Shown here piece after piece: positions 1 to 9,137 of a stretch of DNA of 64,000 nt. The notes beneath the pieces are model-generated. The model made no database searches, was not told the DNA's origin, and saw only the letters and a program-made list of their open reading frames with translations. How positions within the stretch are numbered: the stretch's first letter is position 1; each line of letters opens with the position of its first letter. This DNA comes from Nitrospirota bacterium. Lineage in GTDB: Bacteria; Nitrospirota; Nitrospiria; SBBL01; JAADHI01. Location of the stretch: positions 33,656-97,655 of the forward strand of contig JAJDBV010000006.1 of NCBI GenBank assembly GCA_029261165.1, in the 5' to 3' direction. The translations under genes and the position numbers were made by a program.

Positions 1-501
1 GGGGATAAGCGTCAAGACTCCGTTCGTGCGGCGGTTGTTCTACTCGAAGAGGAAGGTCGTCCTGGAGATATCGTTCTAGTCCATGACGGGGTGCGCCCAT
101 TGGTTTCGCTTGAAATCATCGAAAGGGTGATACATGCCACAGAAGAATATGGGGCCGCAGTCGCGGCCCTCCCTGTTGTGGACTCACTCAAGCTGGTCTC
201 TAAAGAAAATGAGATCTCAAAGAGTATTCCGAGGGAGAATGTTTGGGCGATGCAGACCCCTCAGGGATTTCGCCTGGGGTTGTTAGGTGAGGCTTATCGG
301 CAGGCCGCTCAGAAGAATTTTATCGGGACAGATGATGCGATCCTGGTGGTGCAGATGGACAAGCCGGTAAAATGCGTAGAAGGGTCTGTGGAAAACATTA
401 AGATTACCAATTCGGAGGACATCAGACTGGCTGAGTTGATTTACCGGGAGAGAATACATCGGTCCATGAAAGAACCTACGCATGACAGGACGGTTTTATG
501 A
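1..501 (+). CDS. ispD: 2-C-methyl-D-erythritol 4-phosphate cytidylyltransferase IspD, 5'-truncated by the window edge
   Basis: Frame 1 is open from nt 1 (GDKRQDSVRAAV..VLVHDGVRP..AMQTPQGF), which is typical IspD sequence. Its stop overlaps the ispF start (ATGA at 498-501). Confidence 0.85.
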   Translation, partial: GDKRQDSVRAAVVLLEEEGRPGDIVLVHDGVRPLVSLEIIERVIHATEEYGAAVAALPVVDSLKLVSKENEISKSIPRENVWAMQTPQGFRLGLLGEAYRQAAQKNFIGTDDAILVVQMDKPVKCVEGSVENIKITNSEDIRLAELIYRERIHRSMKEPTHDRTVL

Positions 502-1004
502 CGCGCATTGGCATCGGCTACGATGTCCACGCTTTTGAAGACGGGTGTCGTTGCATCCTGGGCGGCGTAGAGGTACCATACAAGAAAGGACTCAAAGGGC
601 ATTCCGACGCCGATGTGCTCTTGCACGCCATCTGCGACGCTCTTCTAGGGGCCGCAGGAGAGGGTGATATTGGGGTTCATTTTCCGGACAATGATTCCCG
701 GTGGAAGGGGATGTCCAGCCTGACCTTCCTGAAGGAGGTGTTGCGACTTCTTTCAGGAAAGGGATGGTCTGTCGTTAATATTGATGCGGTCATCATTGCG
801 GAGGAACCGAAGATTTCTCCCTATGCAAAACAAATGAAGGAAAATATCAGCCAATGTCTCCTGATTGGACAGGATGCTGTGAATATCAAGGCGACCACGA
901 ATGAGCGGATGGGATTTATCGGGCGAGGGGAAGGCATTGCCGTACAGGCGGTTGCTCTCATTGAAGAGTCGAAGGGGATGACGAAGGAAAAATCCCATGT
1001 TTAG
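498..1004 (+). CDS. ispF: 2-C-methyl-D-erythritol 2,4-cyclodiphosphate synthase IspF
   Basis: Contains the IspF signatures [39 protein letters not shown]. It is translationally coupled to ispD. Confidence 0.95.
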   Translation: MTRIGIGYDVHAFEDGCRCILGGVEVPYKKGLKGHSDADVLLHAICDALLGAAGEGDIGVHFPDNDSRWKGMSSLTFLKEVLRLLSGKGWSVVNIDAVIIAEEPKISPYAKQMKENISQCLLIGQDAVNIKATTNERMGFIGRGEGIAVQAVALIEESKGMTKEKSHV

Positions 1005-1659
1005 AACGATAAAAGAAGATCTCAAAGCGGCGGCGGACAGGGACCCAGCCGCGAGGAGCCTGGTAGAGATTGTCCTCACCTATGCGGGTGTTCATGCGCT
1101 CTTCCTGCATCGTATCTCCCATGTCCTCTGGAAGGCGAGGTTTCCTATCCTCCCGCGACTTATTTCACACATAGGACGTTTCATGACCGGAATAGAGATT
1201 CATCCGGGTGCAGTCATTGGCCAGGGTTTTTTCATCGACCATGGGATGGGCGTGGTGATCGGCGAGACGACGGAGATTGGCGATAATGTGACGCTTTATC
1301 AAGGGGTGACATTGGGTGGAACGGGTCTTGAACCAGGCAAGCGGCATCCGACCCTGGGAAACAATGTTATCGTGGGGGCCGGTGCGAAGGTCCTGGGAGC
1401 GATCGTGATCGGAAATCATGTTCGCATCGGTGCAAATTCGGTTGTCCTCCGTTCGGCACCGGATCATGCGACCGTGGTGGGTATCCCGGGGAAGATGATT
1501 CGCCGTCAGGATGAAGAAAGAGGCGTTCTGGATCATACCAACCTTCCGGATCCGATCTCGGAACGATTCAAACTTCTGGAACTCCAGATTATCGAGCTAA
1601 AACGCACGATCAAGAAGGATAAAATCGAGACCGGCTCCGGAAGAAGAGATGGTGATTGA
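997..1659 (+). CDS. cysE: serine O-acetyltransferase CysE
   Basis: N-terminal SATase helix region ([25 protein letters not shown]) followed by hexapeptide repeats ([44 protein letters not shown]). Confidence 0.9.
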   Translation: MFRTIKEDLKAAADRDPAARSLVEIVLTYAGVHALFLHRISHVLWKARFPILPRLISHIGRFMTGIEIHPGAVIGQGFFIDHGMGVVIGETTEIGDNVTLYQGVTLGGTGLEPGKRHPTLGNNVIVGAGAKVLGAIVIGNHVRIGANSVVLRSAPDHATVVGIPGKMIRRQDEERGVLDHTNLPDPISERFKLLELQIIELKRTIKKDKIETGSGRRDGD

Positions 1660-2773
1660 TCGGTCGCGGTACTTCACGCGTTCCCTTCTGAAGTGGTATC
1701 GTCAGTACGGACGCGCTCTTCCCTGGCGCGAAACCTCAGACCCGTATCGGATCTGGCTGTCTGAGATCATGCTTCAGCAAACACAGGTCACGACAGTACT
1801 TTCTTACTATCACCGCTTTCTTTCGACTTTTCCTGCAATACAAGATCTTGCTGCAGCCCCCCTAGATAAAGTGATGAAGCGATGGGCGGGGCTTGGCTAT
1901 TACGCACGGGCCCGCCATCTTCACCGGGCGGCAAAGGTGATTGTCGAAAAATTTGACGGCAGGATGCCAAAAAGCTTTGAAGAAATCATATCACTTCCCG
2001 GGATTGGAAGATCAACAGCGGGAGCGATCCTGACCATCGCCTTTGGCCAAAGGTGGCCGATTCTTGACGGAAATGTCCGCAGGGTTCTTTGCCGTTATTT
2101 CTTGATTGATAAAGATCCCAAAAGGAAAGAAGTTGAGGCGTGGCTTTGGGATCACTCCGAAAGGCTCCTTCCAAAAAGGGGATCTGATATATATCTTCAG
2201 GGCATCATGGATCTGGGGGCGACAATTTGTACGCCAAAGCGTCCTCAATGCACGATCTGTCCGGTGAATAAAGGATGCGTGGCCTATGGGGAAGGGGTGC
2301 AGGAGGTCTTGCCTGTAAAAGGCGCGCAAAAAGAAGTCCCCCATTTCAATCATGTGGCGGGTGTTGTTCTTGATGATGAAAGAGGGGTGGTAATTCGCCG
2401 CAGGCCCCTTAAAGGCCTGCTGGGTGGCTTATGGGAGTTTCCTGGGGGAAGAGTTGATTCCGCTATTGAGAAAGAACAGCATGAAAATAGCTTGAAGACC
2501 CTCCTGGGGACAGAAATGGAATTTCAGATCGAAGTGACTCATCAATGGATGCAGATCAGGCACGCCTTTACCCATTTTAGAATGACCCTCCATGTCTTTA
2601 TTTGCCGTAAAAAGAAAGAGAAGATCGATCGCTCCACTAAGTACCAGTGGATCCCGATCGAAAAATTGGGCGACTACGCATTTTCATCTGCGCATCAGAA
2701 GATCGTTACAAAGCTGTCCGAAGAAGGACATCGTCCTCATTTACCTCAGGAGGGTTTCGAACCAGGAGTCTAG
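1649..2773 (+). CDS. mutY: A/G-specific adenine DNA glycosylase MutY
   Basis: HhH-GPD domain ([47 protein letters not shown]), a 4Fe-4S Cys cluster ([17 protein letters not shown]) and a NUDIX-like C-terminal domain. Confidence 0.9.
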   Translation: MVIDRSRYFTRSLLKWYRQYGRALPWRETSDPYRIWLSEIMLQQTQVTTVLSYYHRFLSTFPAIQDLAAAPLDKVMKRWAGLGYYARARHLHRAAKVIVEKFDGRMPKSFEEIISLPGIGRSTAGAILTIAFGQRWPILDGNVRRVLCRYFLIDKDPKRKEVEAWLWDHSERLLPKRGSDIYLQGIMDLGATICTPKRPQCTICPVNKGCVAYGEGVQEVLPVKGAQKEVPHFNHVAGVVLDDERGVVIRRRPLKGLLGGLWEFPGGRVDSAIEKEQHENSLKTLLGTEMEFQIEVTHQWMQIRHAFTHFRMTLHVFICRKKKEKIDRSTKYQWIPIEKLGDYAFSSAHQKIVTKLSEEGHRPHLPQEGFEPGV

Positions 2774-3016
2774 TGTCCCGTCTTCTATTTCTTCTAGCGC
2801 GATCTTATTGAATTTGTGATATCGGACCCAGTCTGAATACTTTAGGACCGCTTCCTCATCGGCTTTCTCTCCCTTGTTTAATTCTTCCCACTTCCTGTCA
2901 ATTGTTTCTTCAGTATATGCCTGAACGCGTTTGAGGAAAGTATGGACAATGACGGCCATGACTTCCCGTTTTACGGTTCTGGCTTCATCCTTGTATTTTA
3001 GGTGGTATAAAGGCAT
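2741..3016 (-). CDS. hypothetical 91-aa protein (no recognised domain)
   Basis: ORF preceded by a strong SD (GGAGGAAGGTC-ATG on the minus strand). Its 3' end overlaps the mutY 3' end by 33 nt in convergent orientation. Confidence 0.5.
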   Translation of the reverse strand: MPLYHLKYKDEARTVKREVMAVIVHTFLKRVQAYTEETIDRKWEELNKGEKADEEAVLKYSDWVRYHKFNKIALEEIEDGTLDSWFETLLR

Positions 3017-3198
3017 GACCTTCCTCCAATATGAGCGACTCCGTAATAGTTGTTTACGCTAATTTGTATAGCGTATGAATTTCAAAAGATAACATTTTCC
3101 AAAAAAGAGGGTCAAATATCTCCGGTTTTGCTCGTATTTTGAATGTGGAGTGATTTTCTAAGTCCAAGTTTGGCCGTATTGAGATGAAAGTCCTTCGC

Positions 3199-3227
3199 TT
3201 GATTGCATTCGGATAAAACCATATAAT
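3199..3227 (+). promoter_or_regulatory. sigma-70-type promoter for the PAS-GGDEF-EAL gene
   Basis: TTGATT (3199-3204), a 17-nt spacer, then TATAAT (3222-3227). It lies about 29 nt upstream of the GGGAGG SD and the ATG at 3256. Confidence 0.55.
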
Positions 3228-3255
3228 GTAGCTATGAGATCCTAGGGAGGTCAGG

Positions 3256-5574
3256 ATGATAGATAAAAAAGAGAATACTGAAGTGAACTTGATACGCCTT
3301 GCTGTCGGAGTAGGCGTTTTATTTTGGTTTGTTGAGTCCTGGATTGACACTCTGTTTATAGACGAGCCCTATCTTATCCGCCTGCTTCAGCCTGATTTCA
3401 ACGAAATCTGGATGCGTTCTTTTATCATCCTCACTATTATTTGCTTTGCCACGTATGCCCAAAGAGCCATTGGAAAAATAAAAAATACAGAAGAGTCGCG
3501 ACGCGAATCGGAGAGACGCTTCCGGATCATTTTCGAGCAGGGGACAGACTCTATCGTCCTGGTTGATACGGTGACTGGCACACTGGCCGAGTTTAACGAT
3601 AAGGCCGTAGAGACTCTGGGTTACACGCGTGAGGAGTTTATGTCGCTCAAGGTAGCTGATTTTGAAATGGTTGATTCTGAGGAAGATGCTGAAAAACATA
3701 GGGAAAAGATCATCAATGGAGAGAGTGATACCTATGAAACAAAGCTCCGAACGAAGGACGGTCGGATACTCGATGTTCTAGAAAGCAGGAGGACCCTTGC
3801 GATTCAAGGAAGAAATTACATTCTATATCTCTACCATGACATCACAGAGCGTAAGCGGGCGGAAGAGAGCCGGCGCCTGGCGGCTACCGTTTTTGAAACC
3901 GCAGCTGAGGGAATTACGGTGACAGATGCCGACAGGAATATTCTTACGATCAATCCCGCATTCACGGAAATTACCGGCTATACCGCTGAGGAAGTGATTG
4001 GGCAGAATCCGAGGGTCCTCCAATCTGGAAGGCATGATGCTTCATTTTACAAGGAAATGTGGGACACCATCAATACCAAGGGCAGGTGGAGCGGTGAGAT
4101 CTGGGAACGTCGGAAAAATGGTGAGATATTTCCGGAATGGCTCACGGTGACTTCCATTAAGGATGACAAGGGAAAGGTGATCAGGTATACCGGACTGTTT
4201 AATGACATTACTAAACAGAAGCTCAATGAGGAAGATATCTATTACCGGGCTCACTACGACCAACTGACAGGTCTTGCAAATCGATTACTTTTTTCAGAAC
4301 GCCTAAAACAGGCGATGAAACAATCAGAGCGAAATGATGAGCCGCTGGCACTGATGTTTATCGATCTCGATCGGTTTAAGCATGTCAACGACACCTTTGG
4401 CCACTCTTTAGGGGACTTTTTATTAAAAGAGGCAGGAAAACGTTTCCAAGGTTGTGTAAAAGAGGACGATAGTGTCGCCCGTTCCGGGGGAGATGAATTT
4501 CTGATTCTCTTGCCGAACGTTAAAGACAAAGAAGGTGCGGAGGTGGTGGCTAAGGAGATTATCGACCAGTCGAGTGCCCCATTTCGACTGAAAGGACACG
4601 ATGCCTTTGTCAGCGCCAGCATTGGGATCACGATGTTCCCTGACGATGGTGGGGATGTTTCGACTTTATTAAAGAATTCTGATATGGCCATGTACCAGGC
4701 AAAGGATGCGGGCAGAAACACATACAAGTTCTTTAATCGTTCGATGACAGCGATTGCCCGTGAACGTGCAACGCTTGAGTGGGATTTAAGGCGTGCTCTG
4801 GAGCGCGATGAATTGGAGGTGTATTATCAACCCATCATCGATATCAAAACTGAACAGATGTCTGGCACAGAGGCGCTCCTTCGGTGGAATCATCCAAAAC
4901 GCGGCCTTGTCTTCCCGGAGAAATTTATTCCGATTGCAGAGCAATCTAATCTGATCGTTCAGATCGGTGAATGGGTTTTGCTTTCGGCCTGTAGCCAGCT
5001 TGAAAAATGGCGTAATCAATATCCGCTTGAAATTTACATGGCGGTGAACATGTCAACCCGGCAGTTCAATTATAAGACCTTTACAAGAGTTCTTACCGAA
5101 TCTTTGAAGAAAAGTGGCCTGGCCCCGAATCTCCTGACTCTGGAACTCACTGAAAGTCTGATCATGGACGGCGCAAAAGATGCGATTGATAAGCTAGGAA
5201 AGTTCAGAGAGATGGGCATCCATCTCTCAATAGATGACTTTGGAACAGGCTATTCCTCCTTGAGTTATCTTTCACGTTTTCCAATTGACCTTCTCAAGAT
5301 CGATAAGTCATTTGTCCATAACGTCGCGACCGATTCCACGAAGCAGGATCTTGTCAGGGCGATCATCACGATGGCGCACGGATTGAACCTCAAGGTCATT
5401 GCAGAAGGGGTCGAGGTTGAAAGTGAGCTGTCGTTCCTGAGGGATGAGGGCTGCGATGCAGCACAAGGGGATTACTTCAGTCGGCCGCTCATGGTGGGTC
5501 AGTTTGAAAACATGATGAATAAAGGGCTTCCTCCCAGAGGGCATTTTCAAGTCGCTGCGCCCCTCGCTTCCTAG
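3256..5574 (+). CDS. membrane-anchored PAS-PAS-GGDEF-EAL c-di-GMP turnover protein
   Basis: Hydrophobic N-terminus, two PAS modules, an intact GGDEF (ARSGGDEFLILL) and an intact EAL (GTEALLRW .. DDFGTGYSSL .. KIDKSFV .. AEGVE). Confidence 0.9.
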   Translation: MIDKKENTEVNLIRLAVGVGVLFWFVESWIDTLFIDEPYLIRLLQPDFNEIWMRSFIILTIICFATYAQRAIGKIKNTEESRRESERRFRIIFEQGTDSIVLVDTVTGTLAEFNDKAVETLGYTREEFMSLKVADFEMVDSEEDAEKHREKIINGESDTYETKLRTKDGRILDVLESRRTLAIQGRNYILYLYHDITERKRAEESRRLAATVFETAAEGITVTDADRNILTINPAFTEITGYTAEEVIGQNPRVLQSGRHDASFYKEMWDTINTKGRWSGEIWERRKNGEIFPEWLTVTSIKDDKGKVIRYTGLFNDITKQKLNEEDIYYRAHYDQLTGLANRLLFSERLKQAMKQSERNDEPLALMFIDLDRFKHVNDTFGHSLGDFLLKEAGKRFQGCVKEDDSVARSGGDEFLILLPNVKDKEGAEVVAKEIIDQSSAPFRLKGHDAFVSASIGITMFPDDGGDVSTLLKNSDMAMYQAKDAGRNTYKFFNRSMTAIARERATLEWDLRRALERDELEVYYQPIIDIKTEQMSGTEALLRWNHPKRGLVFPEKFIPIAEQSNLIVQIGEWVLLSACSQLEKWRNQYPLEIYMAVNMSTRQFNYKTFTRVLTESLKKSGLAPNLLTLELTESLIMDGAKDAIDKLGKFREMGIHLSIDDFGTGYSSLSYLSRFPIDLLKIDKSFVHNVATDSTKQDLVRAIITMAHGLNLKVIAEGVEVESELSFLRDEGCDAAQGDYFSRPLMVGQFENMMNKGLPPRGHFQVAAPLAS

Positions 5575-5611
5575 CATTAGGAGGTTTCACGAAACGCGTA
5601 ACACAAACAAT

Positions 5612-5645
5612 CCTCGCTCTCCCAGGGCGAGGTTCTTCGTTTTTC
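5612..5645 (+). terminator. candidate intrinsic terminator of the PAS-GGDEF-EAL gene
   Basis: Stem CCTCGC (5612-5617) pairs with GCGAGG (5627-5632), followed by the T-rich tail TTCTTCGTTTTT. Confidence 0.5.
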
Positions 5646-5825
5646 CTCTATAATCCCGGTGAACGTTTTTTCTCTTGTATATCGATTTCCCTTTTTCATA
5701 TCTCGCACAGAGTGACCTCAAGAAAATTTCCACCTTACCGATAAGATAAAGTGGATTGTTGACTTTTTAAGAATAAGGTATGGGCAGGAAACCTCGTTCT
5801 TTTTGTGTGATGAGGATGATCCCTG

Positions 5826-6143
5826 ATGGCAAAAGCAAGGACGGACCCGGACTCTGCCGCAATTGTAACAGCGATTATTGCAATGGCAAAGAGCCTCCAT
5901 TTGTCTGTTATTGCGGAAAGGGTGGAGATAGAAGAGGAAGAGTTATTTCTACAGGAACGGGGTTGCTATAAGATTCAGGGCTATTTCCACATCCGACCGT
6001 TGCCGGTTGATAAGATGACTCCTTTTCTAAAGAATAGTCGTTCTGCCAATGTGACGTTACCCCCCCCCATGAAGCGTGGGGTCAGTGACCTGAAAAACAA
6101 TTCTGACCACAAATTTCTTAAGTCTATCCCCTTCTCTCCCTGA
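5826..6143 (+). pseudogene. orphan C-terminal EAL-domain fragment (probable gene remnant)
   Basis: Encodes only DPDSAAIVTAIIAMAKSLHLSVIAERVEIEEEELFLQERGCYKIQGYFHIRPLP, colinear with the last ~65 aa of the upstream EAL domain. There is an in-frame stop at 5817-5819 and no N-terminal EAL half upstream. Confidence 0.5.
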
Positions 6144-6181
6144 TTTTTAATAGAAGCCTCCGGTTGGCGCTCGAAGAGGCT

Positions 6182-8389
6182 TCAGACCTCCCGACATTTT
6201 TCGATGTGTCTTCTATTGAGACCCTGCCTCCTCTCCGTGCTACTTCGGCGCTCATCGCCTCTGAAAATTTGATTGTTAGAGTACCTCCGGTCTTTCAGCA
6301 TTCTATATTGAAACTCAGAACGGCGTTCTTTGTGTTTTGTGAGGTTTATCTCCTGCTTGATATCTTCTATTGGTTTGATCGAATCTGAACCGGAAGGGTG
6401 TCGTTGGTCCTTTGAATTTCTGCCCTGTTCCAGGACTTTCTGAACCATTCTTTCCATATCAGAAGGTTTGTAGGGCTTCGAGAGAATTGTGATCGGTTGC
6501 ATCTCTTTGGCTTCTTTTGTCTGGTCAGAGATCGTGTGGCCGGTGGAGATGATTGCCTTTATCCCAGGGTCGAGAAGGCGCAGATCACTGAGGACCTCCC
6601 ATCCCGACTTCCCGGGCATTGTCAGGTCGAGTATGACCAGGTCGATCGCCTCACGCCGTTGTTTAAAGATCTTCAGCGCTTGCTCCCCGTCCCCGGCCAA
6701 CAATACGCTGTATCCACGTCCCTCCAGGACGGCTTCTCCTAGAGATCGTACGAGTTCATCATCATCGACGATCATGATTGTCGCAGAGTTTTGTGTGTTC
6801 GGGTGATTTTTTATTTCTTGAACCTCCACCACGGCAGGACGTTCGGTGCGCGGGAGATAAACCTCAAAAGTCGTCCCCCTGTCCTTGGCGGTTTTAACCC
6901 CGATCCATCCTTCGTGACTTTCAATAATTCCGTGACTGGCGGCCAAGGCAAGACCGGTTCCCTGACTCAAGCCCTTGGTGGTGAAAAAAGGTTCAAATAG
7001 ATGAGGCAGCGCAAGCTTATCTATTCCAGCGCCATTATCGATAACAGAGAGGCAAACAAAATCACCTGTTTTTGCATCAGGGTGAGATGTGCAGAACGCT
7101 TGATCAAGATGAACATTGTTCAGTTTTATTTTTATCGCAGGCTGAAAATCGCGTCTTTTGAGCATACATTCTTTCAGGGTGTCCAGCGAATTTGTGCACA
7201 GCTCTACGATGACCTGATGAATCTGGTCTGTGTCGATGAGAACGGGCCACAAATCATCAGACGATTCAACGGTGAGCTCTATTGCGCGATCAATGGTCTG
7301 ACGGAGCAGGTGTTCAATTTCCAAAGTAAGGTCCAATAGGGATTGTGGCTTGAGGGTTCCGGGAAGCTGGCGGCTAAAGGAAAGGAGCTTCTTTGTCAGG
7401 TCGGCTCCATATTGAGCGGCTTTTTGAATCATAGAGAGGATGTCCTGGTCCTTGGGTTGTTTCGAGGTTTGTCTCATTAGGATATCGACATATCCAATGA
7501 TAGGGGTTAAAAGGTTATTGAATTCGTGCGCAACCCCATCCGCGAGTTGTGCGATGGTCTCAAGGTTTTGTTTTTGACGGAGCTGCTTTTCCGTCTCCTT
7601 ACTCGGACTAATATCCCGGTTGATTCCGACATAAGAGGTCACTTTCCCATTGTGATCGAATATCGGAAAAGCCAAAAGTTCAACGTTGATCGTTTTTCCG
7701 GATCGTGTTCGGCTAGCGAGCTCTCCCCGATAGACGCCTTTTTCCGTGAGTTGCTTGAAAATACCTGAAAAGGACTTTTCCCCGAAATGGATCGCTGGCG
7801 TTTTTCCTCGCAACGCGTCATCTGAGTATTGAAAGAGTGTGCGATGAGAAGGATTTTGCTCCAGGTAATAACCGTTCTGATTAACAATTGCGACAGCATC
7901 TTTTGAGTTGCTGAATATGTCTTTGTATAAGTGAAATGTGTCGATCTCCCCCTTGATTTTCTTGGGGATGCTGGTCTTTTCACTTTCCTCGGGCCTCTCA
8001 GGGTTTACACATGTGCCATTCTTATTCTCTTGTATGGTTTCATTGATAATCTTGAGAAATGCTGTCGTCTCCAGAGGTCTCTTAATACACCGTGTGACAC
8101 CCATACTGAGCGCCAACTGCTGTTCCTTTTGGTTAAGGACGGTTGATGTGTAGAAGACAAAAGGGACTTTTTTTAAAGGTGGATTTGATCTTATTTCTTG
8201 GCAAAGGCGAAAGCCATCCATTCCCGGCATCAACAAGTCAGAAATAATCATATCGGGCAGAGCAGCTTTGGTCATTTCAAGAGCCTCCACGCCATTGGTT
8301 GCCACTTCAACGTGATATCCTTCAGACTCAAGCGTTTTCTTTAAAACCATTCTTGCATCGATACTCTCGTTGGCGATAAGTATTTTTAT
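6182..8389 (-). CDS. hybrid sensor histidine kinase (REC-PAS-HisKA-HATPase-REC) with an Arg-rich C-terminal tail
   Basis: Contains REC (..MIISDLLMPGMDG..), PAS, an H-box (GVAHEFNNLLTPI), HATPase (DNGAGI..GTGLAL) and a second REC (LVILDLTMPGKSG). The first ATG (8350) cuts off REC strand beta-1. The frame stays open upstream as (I)KILIANESIDAR, with AAGGAG 6 nt before an ATA codon at 8389-8387. Confidence 0.85.
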   Translation of the reverse strand: MKILIANESIDARMVLKKTLESEGYHVEVATNGVEALEMTKAALPDMIISDLLMPGMDGFRLCQEIRSNPPLKKVPFVFYTSTVLNQKEQQLALSMGVTRCIKRPLETTAFLKIINETIQENKNGTCVNPERPEESEKTSIPKKIKGEIDTFHLYKDIFSNSKDAVAIVNQNGYYLEQNPSHRTLFQYSDDALRGKTPAIHFGEKSFSGIFKQLTEKGVYRGELASRTRSGKTINVELLAFPIFDHNGKVTSYVGINRDISPSKETEKQLRQKQNLETIAQLADGVAHEFNNLLTPIIGYVDILMRQTSKQPKDQDILSMIQKAAQYGADLTKKLLSFSRQLPGTLKPQSLLDLTLEIEHLLRQTIDRAIELTVESSDDLWPVLIDTDQIHQVIVELCTNSLDTLKECMLKRRDFQPAIKIKLNNVHLDQAFCTSHPDAKTGDFVCLSVIDNGAGIDKLALPHLFEPFFTTKGLSQGTGLALAASHGIIESHEGWIGVKTAKDRGTTFEVYLPRTERPAVVEVQEIKNHPNTQNSATIMIVDDDELVRSLGEAVLEGRGYSVLLAGDGEQALKIFKQRREAIDLVILDLTMPGKSGWEVLSDLRLLDPGIKAIISTGHTISDQTKEAKEMQPITILSKPYKPSDMERMVQKVLEQGRNSKDQRHPSGSDSIKPIEDIKQEINLTKHKERRSEFQYRMLKDRRYSNNQIFRGDERRSSTERRQGLNRRHIEKCREV

Positions 8390-8913
8390 AACAAACTCCT
8401 TAGTGTCTCATTCGGAGAGGGTCAAAACCCCAGGTTTTCAGGCGAATAAAAGTTTAAAATTGTCGCTTTGTAACTTGTCCGACTGGCATATGAGGGCGTA
8501 CAGGTTTTTCAGAAAGATCGGATGGGTTCCAAGGTTCCCTGGACATGAGATCAGGTTCAGCATGAAATCTCCCGGTTTTACTTTCGCCGGTGTTGAAGTT
8601 CAATACGGTGACCAGAGGACTTCGGACAGGTGTCGCTGCTTTTCGCTTGTCAAATATGATAGAGGAAGCACGCGGAATCGATGGAATTCGGACCCCTAGA
8701 ACAGCAGACCGGACTCTATTCGAGACAGCGATGTATCGAAGTGGTCTCACGATCAAACCTATTGGGTTGATACGGGTCTAACATGCACTATTTAGGTGAA
8801 ATCATGTTGCGCGGGAAATACTCCCTCATAATGCAGCGGAAGGGGGTAAAAGCCATTGAACCCTTAAAGTGAACGTAAACCCGGTCTGCCCATGCTTGGG
8901 CTGACTAAAATGT

Positions 8914-8989
8914 TGGTGGAGCTGCGGGGGATCGAACCCCGGACCCCAAGACTGCCAGCCTTGTGCTCTCCCAGCTGAGCTACAGCCCC
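8914..8989 (-). tRNA. tRNA-Ala (anticodon GGC)
   Basis: The minus strand reads GGGGCTGTAGCTCAGCTGGGAGAGCACAAGGCTGGCAGTCTTGGGGTCCGGGGTTCGATCCCCCGCAGCTCCACCA. It has the G3:U70 identity pair, anticodon loop CTGGCAG and an encoded CCA. Confidence 0.95.
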
Positions 8990-9023
8990 ACACGAATAAG
9001 AAAATAGGTGCCTATTTTCGAGG

Positions 9024-9053
9024 AATATATCATCGAGATATTGAGGTTGTCAA
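9024..9053 (-). promoter_or_regulatory. candidate sigma-70 promoter of tRNA-Ala
   Basis: On the minus strand: TTGACA, an 18-nt spacer, then TATATT. The motif ends about 28 nt upstream of the tRNA 5' end. Confidence 0.45.
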
Positions 9054-9072
9054 GTTGCAGGGCTCCGTTGCC

Positions 9073-9101
9073 TTGACAGAGGATGGGATAACCTCTATGA
9101 T
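9073..9101 (+). promoter_or_regulatory. candidate sigma-70 promoter of purA
   Basis: TTGACA (9073-9078), a 17-nt spacer, then TATGAT (9096-9101). It is divergent from the tRNA-Ala promoter. Confidence 0.5.
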
Positions 9102-9137
9102 CCGTGGTTGGAGTTTGTCATAATTGGTGGGTAAGTG

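Noticed and set aside
3054-3350. 98-aa minus-strand ORF across the PAS-GGDEF-EAL promoter and start.
   Set aside because: It overlaps a well-formed promoter, SD and start on the other strand, and has no RBS or recognisable features.
6153-6183. 8-bp-stem hairpin GAAGCCTC-N15-GAGGCTTC between the EAL fragment and the kinase stop, considered as a bidirectional terminator.
   Set aside because: There is no U-tract on either strand and the loop is large. It overlaps the kinase stop codon, so it is not called as a terminator.
8478-8500. GACTGGCA string, considered as a possible ZTP (pfl) riboswitch for purA.
   Set aside because: The rest of the ZTP consensus (GGGTCGTGACTGGCG .. CCGCCTGGGC pseudoknot partner) is missing. 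It also lies 650 nt from purA, with a tRNA and two promoters in between.
8370-8756. ORFs 8370-8699 (plus) and 8454-8756 (minus, TTG start) in the tRNA-Ala / kinase gap.
   Set aside because: No SD, odd composition and overlap with each other. The region is better treated as non-coding.
8402-8913. Tested the gap for RNase P RNA, tmRNA, SRP RNA or a second tRNA.
   Set aside because: The diagnostic strings are absent on both strands: GAGGAAAGTCCGGGC with ACAGAAnCCGGCTTA for RNase P RNA, GGGGCTGA... with a tRNA-like 3' end and tag ORF for tmRNA, and GGAAGCAGCCAAGG for SRP RNA. Only loose resemblances were seen.
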